DNA of 64,000 nt from an archaeon. Lineage in GTDB: Archaea; Nanobdellota; Nanobdellia; Pacearchaeales; GW2011-AR1. Position numbers and translations under genes: made by a program. Under the pieces are notes generated by a model that was given only the letters and a program-made list of their open reading frames with translations, ran no database searches and had not been told where the DNA came from. Below, one piece after another: positions 20,172 through 28,673 of this stretch. The stretch's first letter is position 1. The number at the start of each line of letters is the position of its first letter. The stretch spans positions 1 through 64,000 of the forward strand of contig JAZDPV010000012.1 in the NCBI GenBank assembly GCA_043797265.1, read 5' to 3'.

Positions 20172-20309
20172 ATGGGAAAGAAAAAACAAAAGAAACCAAA
20201 AACAAACAAACAAACAAGGAGAGAAAGAGAACCATTCACCGTCTTCACACTATCAGTCGATAGGGACGCAAGCGAGATCACAAACAAACCAAAACCCAAC
20301 ACAAGATGA
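20172..20309 (+). CDS. 45 aa basic peptide (MGKKKQKKPKTNKQTRREREPFTVFTLSVDRDASEITNKPKPNTR)
   Basis: SD aaggag; translated by hand. Confidence 0.45.
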   Translation: MGKKKQKKPKTNKQTRREREPFTVFTLSVDRDASEITNKPKPNTR

Positions 20310-20325
20310 TATCGACCAACATCAT

Positions 20326-20362
20326 TGGAGCCGTGAGTTTTAACATAAAGCCCACGGCTCCA
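20326..20362. other. strong intergenic hairpin
   Basis: tggagccgtg...cacggctcca. Confidence 0.65.
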
Positions 20363-20382
20363 TCTCTCGAAAGGAGAATTAA

Positions 20383-20631
20383 ATGTGCACACTAAGGTCA
20401 CGCCTCATCATTCCGGCACTCTGCGTGATTGGAGTATTCCTCGCCATAACGCAAATCCAAGACGCACCTCTGTCTCTCGGCATAACCATCATATTTATCC
20501 TAATCGGCCCACTCCACGTCTTGACAGCCAACGACGAAACCAAATCAACGCCACAAGAATCTCCATCCGATTCAAACACTTCTCGTAACGCCGACCAAAC
20601 GGAAGAAGACACCCTCCGCACACGAAGATAG
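20383..20631 (+). CDS. small two-TM membrane protein
   Basis: SD aaggag; two hydrophobic helices and a polar tail. Confidence 0.6.
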   Translation: MCTLRSRLIIPALCVIGVFLAITQIQDAPLSLGITIIFILIGPLHVLTANDETKSTPQESPSDSNTSRNADQTEEDTLRTRR

Positions 20632-20656
20632 TCAAGCCCCACGAATCACTCTCGCC

Positions 20657-20686
20657 AGGACGCCCACTTTAAGCGTCCTTTTTTTT
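20657..20686 (+). terminator. intrinsic terminator closing the cassette
   Basis: aggacgc-ccactttaa-gcgtcct followed by a T tract. Confidence 0.75.
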
Positions 20687-20844
20687 GCCCAATATATATA
20701 CTACAATATACTACATTAAAATATATATAACAAACCATACACTCAATAATCCAACCGGGCAGCCGCCCGAACAACACCAACCCTACCCCCTACCTCCTAC
20801 CATCTACCCCCTAACATTTATATATTACAAAACTATCTACTTCC

Positions 20845-23283
20845 ATGGGTGACAAATTTATAAAATGGCTCTCCGACCTTTCTAAAAAAGATTTAAAACT
20901 TGCCGGCGGCAAAGGCGCGAACCTCGGCGAAATCTTCAACGCAAAATTCCCGGTCCCGCAGGCATTCGTCATCACAACCGACGCCTTCTTCCACTTCCTC
21001 AAAGAAACAAAACTCGAACAAAAAATAAAAGATATCCTGAACAAAATCGACGTCGACGAAACCCACGACCTCACAAAAAAAGCAAAAGAAATAAGAGAAT
21101 TAATCACCCAAGCCGAAATGCCGCAAAACCTAAAAAACGAAATCACCGAAGCCTACGACAACTTCAACGTCGACCTCAATGAAATCCGAAACTCTCCCGG
21201 CGCACTCGCAATTCTGAAATCATCACGCGAATCAATCTTCGTCTCGGTCCGTTCCTCAGCAACGGCGGAAGACCAGGCAGACGCATCCTTCGCCGGCCAG
21301 CAATCATCCTACATCAACATCAAAGGCAACCAAGAATTAATCCAAAAAACAAAAGAATGTTTCGCCTCAATCTTCACCGCCCGCTCAATCTACTACCGAA
21401 AGAAAAAGGGATTCGAAGGACTCGTCGGCATCGCAGCAGTAGTCCAAAAAATGATAAACTCCGACAAATCCGGCGTCATGTTCTCAAAACACCCAGTCAA
21501 AAACAACAACGAAATTCTAATCGAAGCCGTCTTCGGTCAGGGCGAAGGCATCGTCTCCGGAAAAATAAAACCAGACCAATACACCATCTCGCCAACCCTC
21601 GAAATATTAGAAGAAAAAATCTCGGACAAAAAAATCGCAATTATCAGAACCTCCGGCGGCCTCACAAAAACAATCCAGCTAACCCCCGAAAAATCTAATC
21701 AAAGAGTCCTAAAGACCCACGAAATAAAACAACTCGCCGAATACGCAATCAAACTCGAAACCCATTACAAAAAACCACAAGACATCGAATTCGCAATCGA
21801 AAACGAAAACATTTACATTCTCCAAACCCGGCCAATCACAACCTTAAAAAAACCAAATGAAGAAACAGCCGAAATCGACGGACAACTGATAACTCAAGGA
21901 ATGGCAGCGTCACCGGGAATCGCGTCAGGAATTGTCAAAATCGTGCACTCAATGGACGACCTCGACAAAATCAAAAAAGGCGACATCCTCGTGACAACAA
22001 TGACAAACCCCGACATGGTCGTCTCAATGCAAAAAGCCACCGCAATCCTGACATCCGAAGGCGGAGTAACGTCGCACGCCGCAATCGTCTCACGAGAAAT
22101 GGGAATCCCCGCAATCGTCGGCGCACAAAATGCGCTCGATATCTTGAAAGACGGCGACGAAATAACAATCGACGGTTTCCACGGAAAAGTCTTCAAGGGA
22201 AAAACACAAAACAAATCCGTCGAAATTTTCCCCGTCGTAGAAACAAAAACAAAAATCAAAGTCATGGTCGACCTCCCGCAATTCGCCGAGCGAGCCGCGA
22301 AAACAAAAGCCGACGGCATCGGACTAGTTAGACTCGAAGGATTAATATCAACCGGAGGCAAGCACCCCATCGCATACGAAAAAGAAAACAATCTCGACAA
22401 ATACCAAGCAATGCTCGCAAAAGGCCTCAGCGAAATCGCGGACACATTCATCGGCAAACCAATCTGGGTCCGAACCTCCGACATACGAAGCGACGAATAC
22501 TCAAACCTCGAAGGCGCACCAAAAGAAATCGAAAAAAACCCGATGCTCGGCGACCACGGAATCCGCTTTTCACTCAAGCACCCAAAAATCTTAAAAGCCG
22601 AACTCCTCGCAATAAAACAACTCGCCGACAAGGGCCACAAGTTCGGAGTAATGTTCCCGCAAGTAATCTCCGTCGACGAAATCAAAAAAGCAAAAAAAAT
22701 TTTCGAAGAACTGCAAATAAACAACGTCGACTTCGGCGTCATGATTGAAACCCCCGCCGCAGTAATCCTAATCAAAGACATCTGCGAACAAAAAATCGAC
22801 TTCATATCTTTCGGCACAAACGACCTCACTCAATACACCCTCGCAATCGACCGCGGCAACGAAGAAGTCCAAAACATCTACGACGAAATGAACTGGGCAG
22901 TCCTGAAACAAATCTCAAGAGTAATCCGCGAATGCAAAAACCACAAAGTCGAAACCTCAATCTGCGGACAAGCCGGCTCAAAACCCGAAATGGTAGAATT
23001 CCTCATTAAGCACGGCATCGACTCAATCTCGGTAAACGCCGACGCTGCCAAATCAATTTCAGAACTCGTCCACAAACTCGAAACAGGAGAACCGCCAAAA
23101 CCAATTGAAGCCGAAGAACCAACCAAACCAAAAATAAAATTGCAAGAAAAACCAAAAGGCATCCAAGAAGAAGTAGAACAATTAAAAGAAAAATACAACA
23201 AACAAGAAATCCCAAAACCAAAAAGCGACATCGAAATAATTGAATCAAACGAACCCCACAAAAAAGAAGACATCTTCAACTAA
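20845..23283 (+). CDS. ppsA: phosphoenolpyruvate synthase
   Basis: GGKGANLGE, VRSSATAED, SFAGQ, GGVTSHAAIVSRE, SFGTNDLTQ, SICGQA. Confidence 0.95.
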   Translation: MGDKFIKWLSDLSKKDLKLAGGKGANLGEIFNAKFPVPQAFVITTDAFFHFLKETKLEQKIKDILNKIDVDETHDLTKKAKEIRELITQAEMPQNLKNEITEAYDNFNVDLNEIRNSPGALAILKSSRESIFVSVRSSATAEDQADASFAGQQSSYINIKGNQELIQKTKECFASIFTARSIYYRKKKGFEGLVGIAAVVQKMINSDKSGVMFSKHPVKNNNEILIEAVFGQGEGIVSGKIKPDQYTISPTLEILEEKISDKKIAIIRTSGGLTKTIQLTPEKSNQRVLKTHEIKQLAEYAIKLETHYKKPQDIEFAIENENIYILQTRPITTLKKPNEETAEIDGQLITQGMAASPGIASGIVKIVHSMDDLDKIKKGDILVTTMTNPDMVVSMQKATAILTSEGGVTSHAAIVSREMGIPAIVGAQNALDILKDGDEITIDGFHGKVFKGKTQNKSVEIFPVVETKTKIKVMVDLPQFAERAAKTKADGIGLVRLEGLISTGGKHPIAYEKENNLDKYQAMLAKGLSEIADTFIGKPIWVRTSDIRSDEYSNLEGAPKEIEKNPMLGDHGIRFSLKHPKILKAELLAIKQLADKGHKFGVMFPQVISVDEIKKAKKIFEELQINNVDFGVMIETPAAVILIKDICEQKIDFISFGTNDLTQYTLAIDRGNEEVQNIYDEMNWAVLKQISRVIRECKNHKVETSICGQAGSKPEMVEFLIKHGIDSISVNADAAKSISELVHKLETGEPPKPIEAEEPTKPKIKLQEKPKGIQEEVEQLKEKYNKQEIPKPKSDIEIIESNEPHKKEDIFN

Positions 23284-23348
23284 TTTGTTACCACAACAAA
23301 GATACAACAGACAGAAAAGTTTATAAACTCTTTTCTCCTAAATTAATC

Positions 23349-23954
23349 ATGGCAAAAGAAAGGGCAGAAAAAAACAAATTCAATGACGTATCAAGATATG
23401 ACCTAGATACATATGCATTCGGTGCTCTGGCGTATCAAGATCCAACATTAAGAGATAGTGCTCTTATGGAAATGCACAGTAGAATGAAAGTTCTTGAACA
23501 CCCCGTTTTTGCAGAACATATAGGCAGAGTCCAAGTAGGGCGGAGAGAAGAAAGGGAATATATAAAAAATCAAACCGAAGGAAAAAAAACTGAATTTCAT
23601 TATTCTCACCCCGATATTCAACATGCAATTCAATTACAAGAAGTGATAGGGCAAACATACGATACTAAACATGCAAATATATACGCAGGCATGACCCCCG
23701 AAGAACTTAAAAACATAACAACAAACAAAGAAGGAAAATATATGTTCAATGTACCTGACGAGACAAAAAGATTATTAGAAAAACATAATGGAAAACGCAT
23801 TTCAGAAATAGAGGATGATGAAGATAGGGGAAAATTACAAGCAACTGCTTTCGCTTATAGATTTCAAAAAGTAATGGGACAAACACATAGTAATATTATC
23901 AGAAAAATAACAGAAGGTATGTTAGAATCTTCAGTAAACCAAAAACCTGAATAA
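23349..23954 (+). CDS. hypothetical protein
   Basis: 201 aa ORF with TATA-like box upstream; AT-rich. Confidence 0.65.
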   Translation: MAKERAEKNKFNDVSRYDLDTYAFGALAYQDPTLRDSALMEMHSRMKVLEHPVFAEHIGRVQVGRREEREYIKNQTEGKKTEFHYSHPDIQHAIQLQEVIGQTYDTKHANIYAGMTPEELKNITTNKEGKYMFNVPDETKRLLEKHNGKRISEIEDDEDRGKLQATAFAYRFQKVMGQTHSNIIRKITEGMLESSVNQKPE

Positions 23955-24072
23955 ACCTATAGTCAACTTAACTTAATTAAACCAATATTATTCCACTAAA
24001 CAACGTCGTAAAATATAAATCTCGAAACCGAAAGTTTCACAACCCCAAACACTACCAACTAAAAACTACCAA

Positions 24073-24906
24073 CTACTTCCCCCTCTCATCAATTAATCTA
24101 TCGACGAGCGCCGCCATCTCACCCAAAAACGCATCCGCCTTCTCAAACCAATCATCCAAATTTTTCCCCTTGATAAAAGTCAAATTCCCGTGCACAATAT
24201 CTTTCGCAACCAAATGCACCTCATCATAATACCCGACAAATTTCTTGTGCAACCTTCCCGTCTTCACAAAAGTTTCCTTCAAAACATCTGAAATATCCTC
24301 AGGCGACGACGGCATAACATCCGCCGCAATCAAAGCCGCGTGCGCCGCATCAACCATTGTCCAATAAAGCCCGTCGACAACCGCCAACATCGACTGCTTC
24401 GCCCGCGTCAAATGCCCCGGCGCCCTCTGCAACAAAGTATAAATCGATTCCGGCGTCGACCGAATCTTCCCGTCCCTCAGCAAAATCCGCAACGGATTAA
24501 AAAATCCGCCAAAATCAATCAACGCATCCCCATACCTCAAAACATTTATCACGACCGGATCGCCCCTCATCAAATCCTCCCACCACGTCGACAACTTCAC
24601 GCTATTAATATGTAAAGCCTTCGAATAAGGATTCGCCTTAATCAACTTCCCCAGCTCCTCCCGATACCACGCAATCAGCTCCGCATCCCACTTCACCGAA
24701 ACATCGTCGATAATCACGATAATATCAATATCCGATTCCGGCGTCGACACCCTCTTCGCCGACGACCCGAACAAAACAATCGACTTAACCATCTGGTCAA
24801 ACTTCCCATAAACCTTCATCGCAAAATCCGCCGCAATCTCCCGCTCCCCGACAATCTCCAAAGTCGAAACCCCAACCTTCTCAAAATCTTTTTTTTTCTT
24901 CACCAT
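24073..24906 (-). CDS. nucleotidyltransferase-domain protein (MNT plus HEPN-like), paralog of the 10696 gene
   Basis: LFGSSAKR...SDIDIIVIIDD; GKIRSTPE resembles GKIKPSTE. Confidence 0.8.
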   Translation of the reverse strand: MVKKKKDFEKVGVSTLEIVGEREIAADFAMKVYGKFDQMVKSIVLFGSSAKRVSTPESDIDIIVIIDDVSVKWDAELIAWYREELGKLIKANPYSKALHINSVKLSTWWEDLMRGDPVVINVLRYGDALIDFGGFFNPLRILLRDGKIRSTPESIYTLLQRAPGHLTRAKQSMLAVVDGLYWTMVDAAHAALIAADVMPSSPEDISDVLKETFVKTGRLHKKFVGYYDEVHLVAKDIVHGNLTFIKGKNLDDWFEKADAFLGEMAALVDRLIDERGK

Positions 24907-24945
24907 CTCTTATTAACTCACAGTAATTATATTTTATAAAGATGA

Positions 24946-25308
24946 CTATTTCTTCGAAACATAACTAATAAAACCCATCAGCATCTTAGCAATCTCTCGC
25001 AACTCATTAGTTAATTCATCCAAAACATCCTCACTTAAATATCCAAATTCTTTCGCCACACACAACTGACTCTCGACTTCATTCACACTTCCCAAAGCAA
25101 TATAAAAAAATTGAATAACATCTTTATCTGTCCTCCTCCCACAACCCTCTGCAATATTAGAAGAAATACTAACAACCGCTCGTCTCAACTGCGAAGCCAA
25201 TGCATAATTCTCCATCGAAGGAAACTTATCTATAAGTTCATAAATTCTCTTTGCAATTTTAACCGACCTCTTCCAAACATCTAATGTTCTGAATTCTCTC
25301 ACCACCAA
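24946..25308 (-). CDS. four helix bundle protein (23S rRNA IVP-like family)
   Basis: LDVWKRS...FPSMENYALASQLRRAVVSISSNIAEGCGR...ALGSVNEVESQL. Confidence 0.9.
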   Translation of the reverse strand: MVVREFRTLDVWKRSVKIAKRIYELIDKFPSMENYALASQLRRAVVSISSNIAEGCGRRTDKDVIQFFYIALGSVNEVESQLCVAKEFGYLSEDVLDELTNELREIAKMLMGFISYVSKK

Positions 25309-25345
25309 AACAAAAACAATCGCAAAGTTATAAACCCACTGCCAA

Positions 25346-25445
25346 GTCCCTGAAACCTGAATTCTGAAACCTGAAACCTATTGCGAAGCAACCGTCCCTG
25401 AAACCTGAATTCTGAAACCTGAAACCTGAAAACGCAAAGCGTTTT
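25346..25445. repeat. two blocks of (C/T)CTGAA(A/T) heptamer tandem repeats with mini-hairpins
   Basis: gtccctgaaacctgaattctgaaacctgaaacct at 25346 and 25394; ttgc-gaa-gcaa and aaaacgc-aaa-gcgtttt. Confidence 0.85.
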
Positions 25446-27415
25446 CATGCCATCGGCGTATCCCCAAACCTCGACGTCCCGCCCGGCATCTGCCCACCCA
25501 ACTCAACCGGCATCGTCGTGAAACCCGCCCCAAAATAAGCGTGATGTGTCTGCGGATTTATCGTCCCATAACCGCCAAAATAACTTCCCCCAACATCCAT
25601 CACTTGATTCCAATACGGCGCATTCTTCATCCCATAAATCGGCGAACCCAAAGCGGCCATCGTCCACGGATGCGGTGACTTCTTAAAATGTTGAACAAAC
25701 GCTCCCGCCTCGACAATTTTCCTCATCTCGCCCAACTTCCCCGTCTTCTCCAATTCCTCCAAAATCCCCTTAATTGGAACATTTCCCATCCCCGGCGGCA
25801 AATGCGAATCAGCAAACCCAAAATTATCAGTCAGATGCACATGCTTCACCATCGGCGCAATCTTCCGTGTCTCCTCAATAATATCCTTCTCGCTAAATCC
25901 CTTCTTCCTCAAAAGATTCAAATGCCCCACATCCCACGTCACTCCCAAATGCTTCTCGGCAATCTTCTCCGCCTCCTTCCTGCTCATCCCCTTCTTCTCA
26001 ATCAACTGCTCGACAAACTTCTCCCTCGACTTCTCAACCAACGGCTTCAAATCCTCCGCCCTCGAAAACGCAAACCCCTGAAACATATTCTCAACCGCAA
26101 TCACCGGCGCGCTCCCGCCAAATTTCTCATAAGATTTCATCGCCAAATTCCCAAACGTCTTCGACGCCTCGTCCATCGCGAACTTCGTCGACTCCTGATA
26201 AATCTCCGGCGTCTTCCCGCCCAAATCCCTGTCAGTCAATTTCCTTAATTCATCAACATATTTATCCAAAACTTTTTGTCTCCCAATCGGCGCCCAAATC
26301 CCAAAATACTTTTTCCCATTAATCTCCTCAACCTCCTCTGTTGCCCTAATCTCCTTCGCATAATTCTCAGACAACTTCTTCAACTTTTCTCTCTGCTCAT
26401 CATCCCCATACTTATACGCATTATGAAACACCCCCTTGAACGCCAAATCTGCATTCTCTAAAAACAATCCCGCCTTTCTAATCTTGTTATAAGACGCTGC
26501 CTGCCCACTCACAACATTCCCATTCTCATCAACACTAGTATCAAAATAAGGCACCCCTTTAAACGACCTCTTATTATCATCTAATTTAATAATCTCCCTT
26601 CCGTCCTCACTAATAAAAGCATTATTATACTCACCCAACATCAACGGCGCCGACCCAATAATCTCCTCCGCATGCTTGTTCATCTGCGCCACCTCTGTCA
26701 ACTTATTCTCCCACTCTCCCGAATTAATCGAACCAACACTTTTCTCCGCCTCAAACAAAACCCCAATAGGACCTTTATCGCTCGCAACCGTCTGTCCATT
26801 AACACGACGAATACTTTTAGTCAATGACTCCGGAACCTCCGGCCTAAACTTATATTCCCTCTTAATCGCAACCGTCTGCCCCGTCTCCCGATTAACCACC
26901 GCCCCTTTCTCCATCACAAACTTATCTTCACCAAATTTTTCTTCTCCCGGCCTCCACTCCGCACCCGGCGCCCCATTCGACGAATGAAACACAATCGGGA
27001 CATTCCCCTTCGGCTCCAATACATGTGCCTTCTCAATCGCATCAAACATCCGCCTCTCATTATCAGCCCGACCATCCTCACCACCCCATCCTTTCTCACC
27101 AAACCCAGCAGCATCCAAAACCGGCCCATGCACCGACGGCTTAACCCCGCTCAACTTCATCAACGCCCTCATCTCCTCAAAATGTTGTTTCGGAATAATC
27201 TCCGTCGTCTCAGGCACCAACATCGAAACCTCAAACGCCTTCACTCCTTGCTTCAACGCATTAACAGCCTCGCCAAGTTGATTCGCAGTCTGCGGTGAAC
27301 CCGGAAATCCCAAAGCCGCCGCGCTCATCCGATACCCGACAAAATTCCCATAATCCGGACTAAGCGAACTCACGCCCCCGCCATAAAAACTCTCATAACT
27401 CGTCGCATCACCCAT
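25445..27415 (-). CDS. xylose-isomerase/AP-endonuclease-2-like TIM barrel protein with large insertion
   Basis: SVHGP, IVFHSS, IAVENM, TWDVGHLN, HVHLTDNFGFADSHLPPGMGNVP. Confidence 0.8.
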   Translation of the reverse strand: MGDATSYESFYGGGVSSLSPDYGNFVGYRMSAAALGFPGSPQTANQLGEAVNALKQGVKAFEVSMLVPETTEIIPKQHFEEMRALMKLSGVKPSVHGPVLDAAGFGEKGWGGEDGRADNERRMFDAIEKAHVLEPKGNVPIVFHSSNGAPGAEWRPGEEKFGEDKFVMEKGAVVNRETGQTVAIKREYKFRPEVPESLTKSIRRVNGQTVASDKGPIGVLFEAEKSVGSINSGEWENKLTEVAQMNKHAEEIIGSAPLMLGEYNNAFISEDGREIIKLDDNKRSFKGVPYFDTSVDENGNVVSGQAASYNKIRKAGLFLENADLAFKGVFHNAYKYGDDEQREKLKKLSENYAKEIRATEEVEEINGKKYFGIWAPIGRQKVLDKYVDELRKLTDRDLGGKTPEIYQESTKFAMDEASKTFGNLAMKSYEKFGGSAPVIAVENMFQGFAFSRAEDLKPLVEKSREKFVEQLIEKKGMSRKEAEKIAEKHLGVTWDVGHLNLLRKKGFSEKDIIEETRKIAPMVKHVHLTDNFGFADSHLPPGMGNVPIKGILEELEKTGKLGEMRKIVEAGAFVQHFKKSPHPWTMAALGSPIYGMKNAPYWNQVMDVGGSYFGGYGTINPQTHHAYFGAGFTTMPVELGGQMPGGTSRFGDTPMA

Positions 27416-27510
27416 CCAAAACCAAACAAAACCAATTATATAAATTCTTTGCTAATAAAATCCGCGCGCATCCGTATCTTCCGCACCTCGTCAATATTTC
27501 CCCCTACCTC

Positions 27511-28089
27511 CTACCTCCTACCCCTATCCTTCTTCCCCTTATCTTCAAACCCCATGCTCTCCAAAACAGAATGCTTCCTCTCTCGCTCCGACGCAATCTC
27601 ATCATAACTCTTCATCCCCCTCCCGACATCATAAACACCTTCGTCATTTTTCTTCCCAGAATAAAGCCTCGCCTCCCCCGTATTATACAAATCCCCCTCG
27701 TCCTTCCCTTTATACAAATCATCCCCACGCCCTGTTTCATAAAACCCCTCTCTCTTCCTTCCATCCGCCCCATAAAAATTCCCCGTCTTGACATTATAAA
27801 AATCCCCGCCAACAAATTCCTCGCTATCCTTCCACTCCCTCTCAATTCTCTCGTTTCTAAGAACCTCCTCTAAATCCTCCTTGCTCCAACTCGCCTCCCC
27901 GCTCCCCGTCGACAAAATCGTATCCCCAATAAAAAAATCGCTAACCTCCTGCGCGACCTCTTCCAAATCATCCTCAAGCACATCCTCCAACTCCGCCTCT
28001 AAATCCTCATCAAAAATCCCGACGTCATCCTCGCCTTCCAACTCCTCTAAATCTTCTTCCGTCTCGACCTCATCCTCTTCCTCAACCAT
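27511..28089 (-). CDS. acidic hypothetical protein with tyrosine-containing repeats
   Basis: E/D-rich N-terminus; DFYN, NFYG, GFYE, DLYK, DLYN, RLYS, GVYD. Confidence 0.65.
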   Translation of the reverse strand: MVEEEDEVETEEDLEELEGEDDVGIFDEDLEAELEDVLEDDLEEVAQEVSDFFIGDTILSTGSGEASWSKEDLEEVLRNERIEREWKDSEEFVGGDFYNVKTGNFYGADGRKREGFYETGRGDDLYKGKDEGDLYNTGEARLYSGKKNDEGVYDVGRGMKSYDEIASERERKHSVLESMGFEDKGKKDRGRR

Positions 28090-28201
28090 ACAATTAAACA
28101 GAAACCTACTTTATTTATTTTACTAATTTAAACTCTCATCGACAAAACACACCTCATCTTCATAAAAACAAAACAATCTTTATTTAACCTCCCCAAATAA
28201 A

Positions 28202-28288
28202 AATCCGCGTAATCCAAAAAATCCAAAAATCCGCGTTCCTCTCCCTTCCGTGAAATCCAATCAATCCGTGCAATCCGCGTTGCTATTC
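28202..28288. repeat. degenerate 9-mer tandem repeats (AATCCGCGT type) at the GxxExxY gene 3' end
   Basis: aatccgcgt aatccaaaa aatccaaa aatccgcgt ... aatccaatc aatccgtgc aatccgcgt tgctatt. Confidence 0.75.
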
Positions 28289-28662
28289 TTAAAACTACTA
28301 AGACAATTAACCTTCCTCTTAATTTCCGCCTCCCGACCAAAATTCAAAACCAACCCAACTTCCTTTCCCGTCGCTTTCAAGTAATTCAACAACTGCACGC
28401 CTTCTGCCTCACCAATTTCCTTAATCGCCTTAACTTCAATAATCACCCTCCCATCGACGATAAAGTCAACATAATAATCACCCATATTCTCACCTTTATA
28501 AAAAACATTAATAGGCACTTGTCTCTCAAAACTCAACCCCTCAACCCTAAACTCATAAGCCAAAGCCCTCTCATAAATCTTCTCAAGAAAACCATAACCC
28601 AACTCATTATAAACTCGATAAAACACCCCAATAATTTTCTCCGTCATCCCTTCATATTTCAT
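28261..28662 (-). CDS. GxxExxY protein (PD-(D/E)XK-like)
   Basis: LGYGFLEKIYE, DFIVDGRVIIEVKA, QLLNYLKAT, GLVLNFG. Confidence 0.95.
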   Translation of the reverse strand: MKYEGMTEKIIGVFYRVYNELGYGFLEKIYERALAYEFRVEGLSFERQVPINVFYKGENMGDYYVDFIVDGRVIIEVKAIKEIGEAEGVQLLNYLKATGKEVGLVLNFGREAEIKRKVNCLSSFKNSNADCTD

Positions 28663-28673
28663 TTCTTTCTTTT

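Noticed and set aside
17480-20690. Cassette as an intact prophage
   Set aside because: No capsid, terminase, replication or integrase genes and no flanking att repeat seen; a remote phage origin is not excluded
24946-25308. Four-helix-bundle protein as the Avd of a diversity-generating retroelement
   Set aside because: No reverse transcriptase in the window. The duplicated gene ends differ at all base types rather than only at adenines, so they are not TR/VR pairs
25346-25445. Repeat blocks here and at 60268 as CRISPR arrays
   Set aside because: Units are 7-16 nt in tandem without unique 30-40 nt spacers; no cas operon
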